In this document: piece after piece, positions 61,530-64,000 of the stretch
How positions within the stretch are numbered: the stretch's first letter is position 1
How the letters are laid out: each line of letters starts with the position of its first letter
NCBI GenBank assembly: GCA_963514005.1
Contig: OY740801.1
Span: 23,312,001 to 23,376,000, forward strand
Direction: 5' to 3'
DNA length: 64,000 bases
From: Raja brachyura
Lineage: Eukaryota
Translations under genes and position numbers: made by a program
Notes under the pieces: generated by a model
Seen by the model: only the letters and a program-made list of their open reading frames with translations
Databases searched by the model: none
What the model was told of the DNA's origin: nothing

Positions 61530-62355
61530 TTTGTCGGTCAAGAGGTGAGATTTCTTGTGATAAATATCTCCTTCGGGAAGCAACTATAACCCATTCTTTT
61601 GCCTCGTGTATAAAGTTACACAATTTCTGGAGGGGAATTTTTGAAATTTTTTCTAAAATACTTAAAATAAAATTGGACCCCGACACTAAACTGATCGAAG
61701 AAGGGTTTCGGCCCAAAATGTTGCCTATCTCCTTCGTTCCATAGATGCTGCTGCACCCGCTGAGTTTCTCCAGCATTTTGTGTACCCTCGATTTTCCAGC
61801 ATCTGCAGTTTCTTCTTTAACACTAAACTGATCACTCCAGGCATGTCAGAAGCCTGTTCTGAGCTAACATTATTTCAAAGATGTTTCTTTAATTATGGCT
61901 TGATAACGGTGAAAAAACGAATACTTAAATTTTGGAAACACACACCAGTCCCTGCTGTTAAGATGTGGATTACAAACATGTCCAAGACACTACATTTGGA
62001 AAATATTAGGCTTGTCTTGGCAGAAAAACCTGATCAATTTTTCAAGACATAGACTCCCTTCACCGAATTCTTACAAGGATAGTATAGTGCAACACAACTT
62101 TGGATTTAAATCCAACTATTGGTTGGGTGAGGTGGGTGGGGGGGGGGGGGGGGACGAGTCGCAGGTATATCTCCACTTTTTCCCCCCCTTTTTATTCTTC
62201 TCCTCTCTTACATCTTTATCCACTCTTTGGCTACACTACTTTGGTAGTCTAGGGGTCCTATCATTGCACCTCTCACTTTTTCTCTCTCTTGTTCTTTCTC
62301 TTTTCTTTTCCCTTATTTTCAAGTTAAAAAGTCAAAATTGAAGCGGTACAATAAC
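61530..62355 (+). mobile_element. L1-clade LINE 3' end (ORF2 Cys/His region + 3'UTR)
   Basis: CDK...ATITHSFASCIKLHNFW...KKRILKFWK...P.VKMW matches the fish-type L1 ORF2 C-terminus; G-run and pyrimidine-rich 3'UTR follow. Confidence 0.8.
61697..61819 (+). mobile_element. Penelope-terminus mini-element nested in L1
   Basis: 14-bp TSD ACACTAAACTGATC at 61683-61696 and 61820-61833. Confidence 0.88.
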
Positions 62356-62360
62356 TATAA

Positions 62361-64000
62361 TTTCATTTCGGAGTCACGTGAGTGACTTCGTGAAGACCCC
62401 GTCAGGCACGCATGCGCGACATATCGTCGACCGCATGCGAGCGACGGGCAATGAGGAGCGTTGCTCCTCTACTGCAGGGACCTGCAGGTAGGGAAACTAA
62501 CCTGCCGTCCTTTTTTCTTTTCAGAGACTCTGTTTTTCAGAGTACTCCAGGCCGCTTTGGCACTGACTGCGGACCGCGGGATGCGGGCAGTCAGCGGCGG
62601 CTCTAAATCATGGAGTCGGGAAGAGCCCGTTGACCCAGGTGGGTCCGGGTTCACACTAGCCGGCGGAGGACGGCAGAGGCAGCCGACTCTACACCGCAGC
62701 CCGCAGGCCGCGGGCTGGTGGCATTAAGCAGGGAATGGAGCTTGCAGGACTTTATTTATGCTGTTGCCCGACGTTATTTTACAACGGGGCAGCTCGTTGA
62801 CCCGGTGGGGTCCGGGCTCACACTCACCGTTCGCGCAGCGACGGCAGAGCGGCAGCACAAATCTGCACCGCAGCCCGCAAGGATTCTGTGGGCTGACAGT
62901 TTTTACTTACCCGGGCAAGATTGGGCAGCTCATTGACCCAGTAGGGTCCAGGCTTACACTCGCCGTTCGCAGGCAGCGACGGCAGAGCGGCGGCCCGAAT
63001 CTACACCGCAGTCCGTAGAGGCACCACGGGCTGACGGCAACGCTACCCGGAAGTCGGACAAGCCCGTGGACCAGGATCCGGGCTCGGAGACTGCCATTCG
63101 CGGGCAGCGAAGGCAGAGCAGGAGCTCTGACTCGACGCCACAGGCTGCAGGTATACTGCGGACGAACGGCTATGCTACCCTATAGAGGTAGTAGAGCCGG
63201 GGGCTCGCACATAGGCGGGGGCCTTACCGTTAGCGGCCGTCTATGTCCCGCATGAGACTCTGGTCACCATTGGAGCTAGGGGAAGAGAGTGCACTCCTCC
63301 ACCGGAAGCTCATAAAGACCCTCAGGTAAGATACTAACCTTGAGTTGTTTAGCTTCAGTACTAGACTTTGCTTACAGAAACAATGGATGGGAGACCAGAA
63401 TGAAGGCATTGAAGTATGCCTTCCAGGGCCATGGGACTTCGGATGTGAGTCAGTGCCCACTATTCCTGGAGCTGCCCGCAAGGCCGGCAGCACCCGCTCT
63501 GCGGGCAGGGATAAAAACGTGGAAACCAGGGGAGCCCTGCGCAGCCAGGACCCGATTCTCCACCACGGCTGACCATGGTGCCGTAAAGTGGTAGGAGCAC
63601 CGCGCAGGAGCAGGGTAGGCAAGACCCTGACACCCTACCTCTGTCACTTAAGCATAGCGACAGTGGAGCAAAGGTGCGTAAATGTGTTATATTCTCGGCG
63701 GCACGTTCTCTCTCCCCAAATATGCAGGTCACCAGAGGGAGCACCAGGGGAAGAATCGCACAAGTCGGTGAACCCCGCTATAGAAGCCAGGGTCGACTTT
63801 CCACCGGAGCAGGCCACCAAATCATGGACCAGTGAAGGATTGAGGCCTGGGTCTGCAAGGCCCGCATGTGTGGCCGGCATAGACTCACCACCGGGGGAGC
63901 CTGCCAGATCGCGTCGGTCACCGCACCCCCTTTAGCGGCAGGATGTGACCGAACAACGCCTTTGTCCCAAAGGAGGCCACAGACTCAGCACCGGGGGAGC
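62361..64000 (+). mobile_element. GC-rich element, probable DIRS-type (tyrosine recombinase) retrotransposon 5' part; runs off the window
   Basis: Abrupt switch to CpG-rich sequence starting TTTCATTTCGGAGTCACGTGAGTGAC and interrupting the L1 3'UTR. A TTTC start is typical of vertebrate DIRS1 ITRs. No RT or YR domain visible within the window. Confidence 0.45.
62625..63170 (+). repeat. Four imperfect ~135-165 bp tandem units
   Basis: TTGACCC..GGGTCCGGGCTCACACT..CCGTTCGC..GCAGCGACGGCAGAGC..CTACACCGCAG recurring at ~62629, 62796, 62932 and 63066. Confidence 0.8.

Noticed and set aside
59776-64000. Upstream DECR2 exons (Rossmann motif, ...GRIDILIN)
   Set aside because: Not detected; the interval is occupied by TEs, so these exons are presumed to lie beyond 64000.

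Overview
Eukaryotic, repeat-rich vertebrate DNA. The repeat inventory (HE1/V-SINE-like SINEs, CR1, Rex1/Babar, Penelope, Tc1) points to a cartilaginous fish, probably a skate or ray (inference). Two host genes lie on the minus strand in the same order as human 16p13.3. The first is the 3' half of DECR2 (peroxisomal 2,4-dienoyl-CoA reductase; four coding exons at 59775-54115, ending in PTS1 -AKL). The second is the 5' part of RAB11FIP3 (CpG-island exon 1 at 43077-42826, exon 2 at 18451-18355, exon 3 at 9314-9223 with a GC donor); it continues beyond position 1. The rest is intronic or intergenic and filled with decayed and nested TEs: three Tc1 elements, several Rex1/Babar and CR1 fragments, an L1 3' end, Penelope GIY-YIG fragments, a bipartite RTE element, a 7-bp-TSD TIR element and a probable DIRS 5' end. 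The most notable signals are: (1) at least 15 dispersed ~90-260 bp Penelope-terminus mini-elements carrying a minimal hammerhead-ribozyme-like core, many with their own 8-15 bp TSDs; (2) a long GC hairpin containing a strong-context uORF that abuts the RAB11FIP3 start codon; (3) a tandem CCAAT-box array between the two genes. Most short ORFs in the supplied track are spurious or TE-derived. No prokaryote-type system is present.
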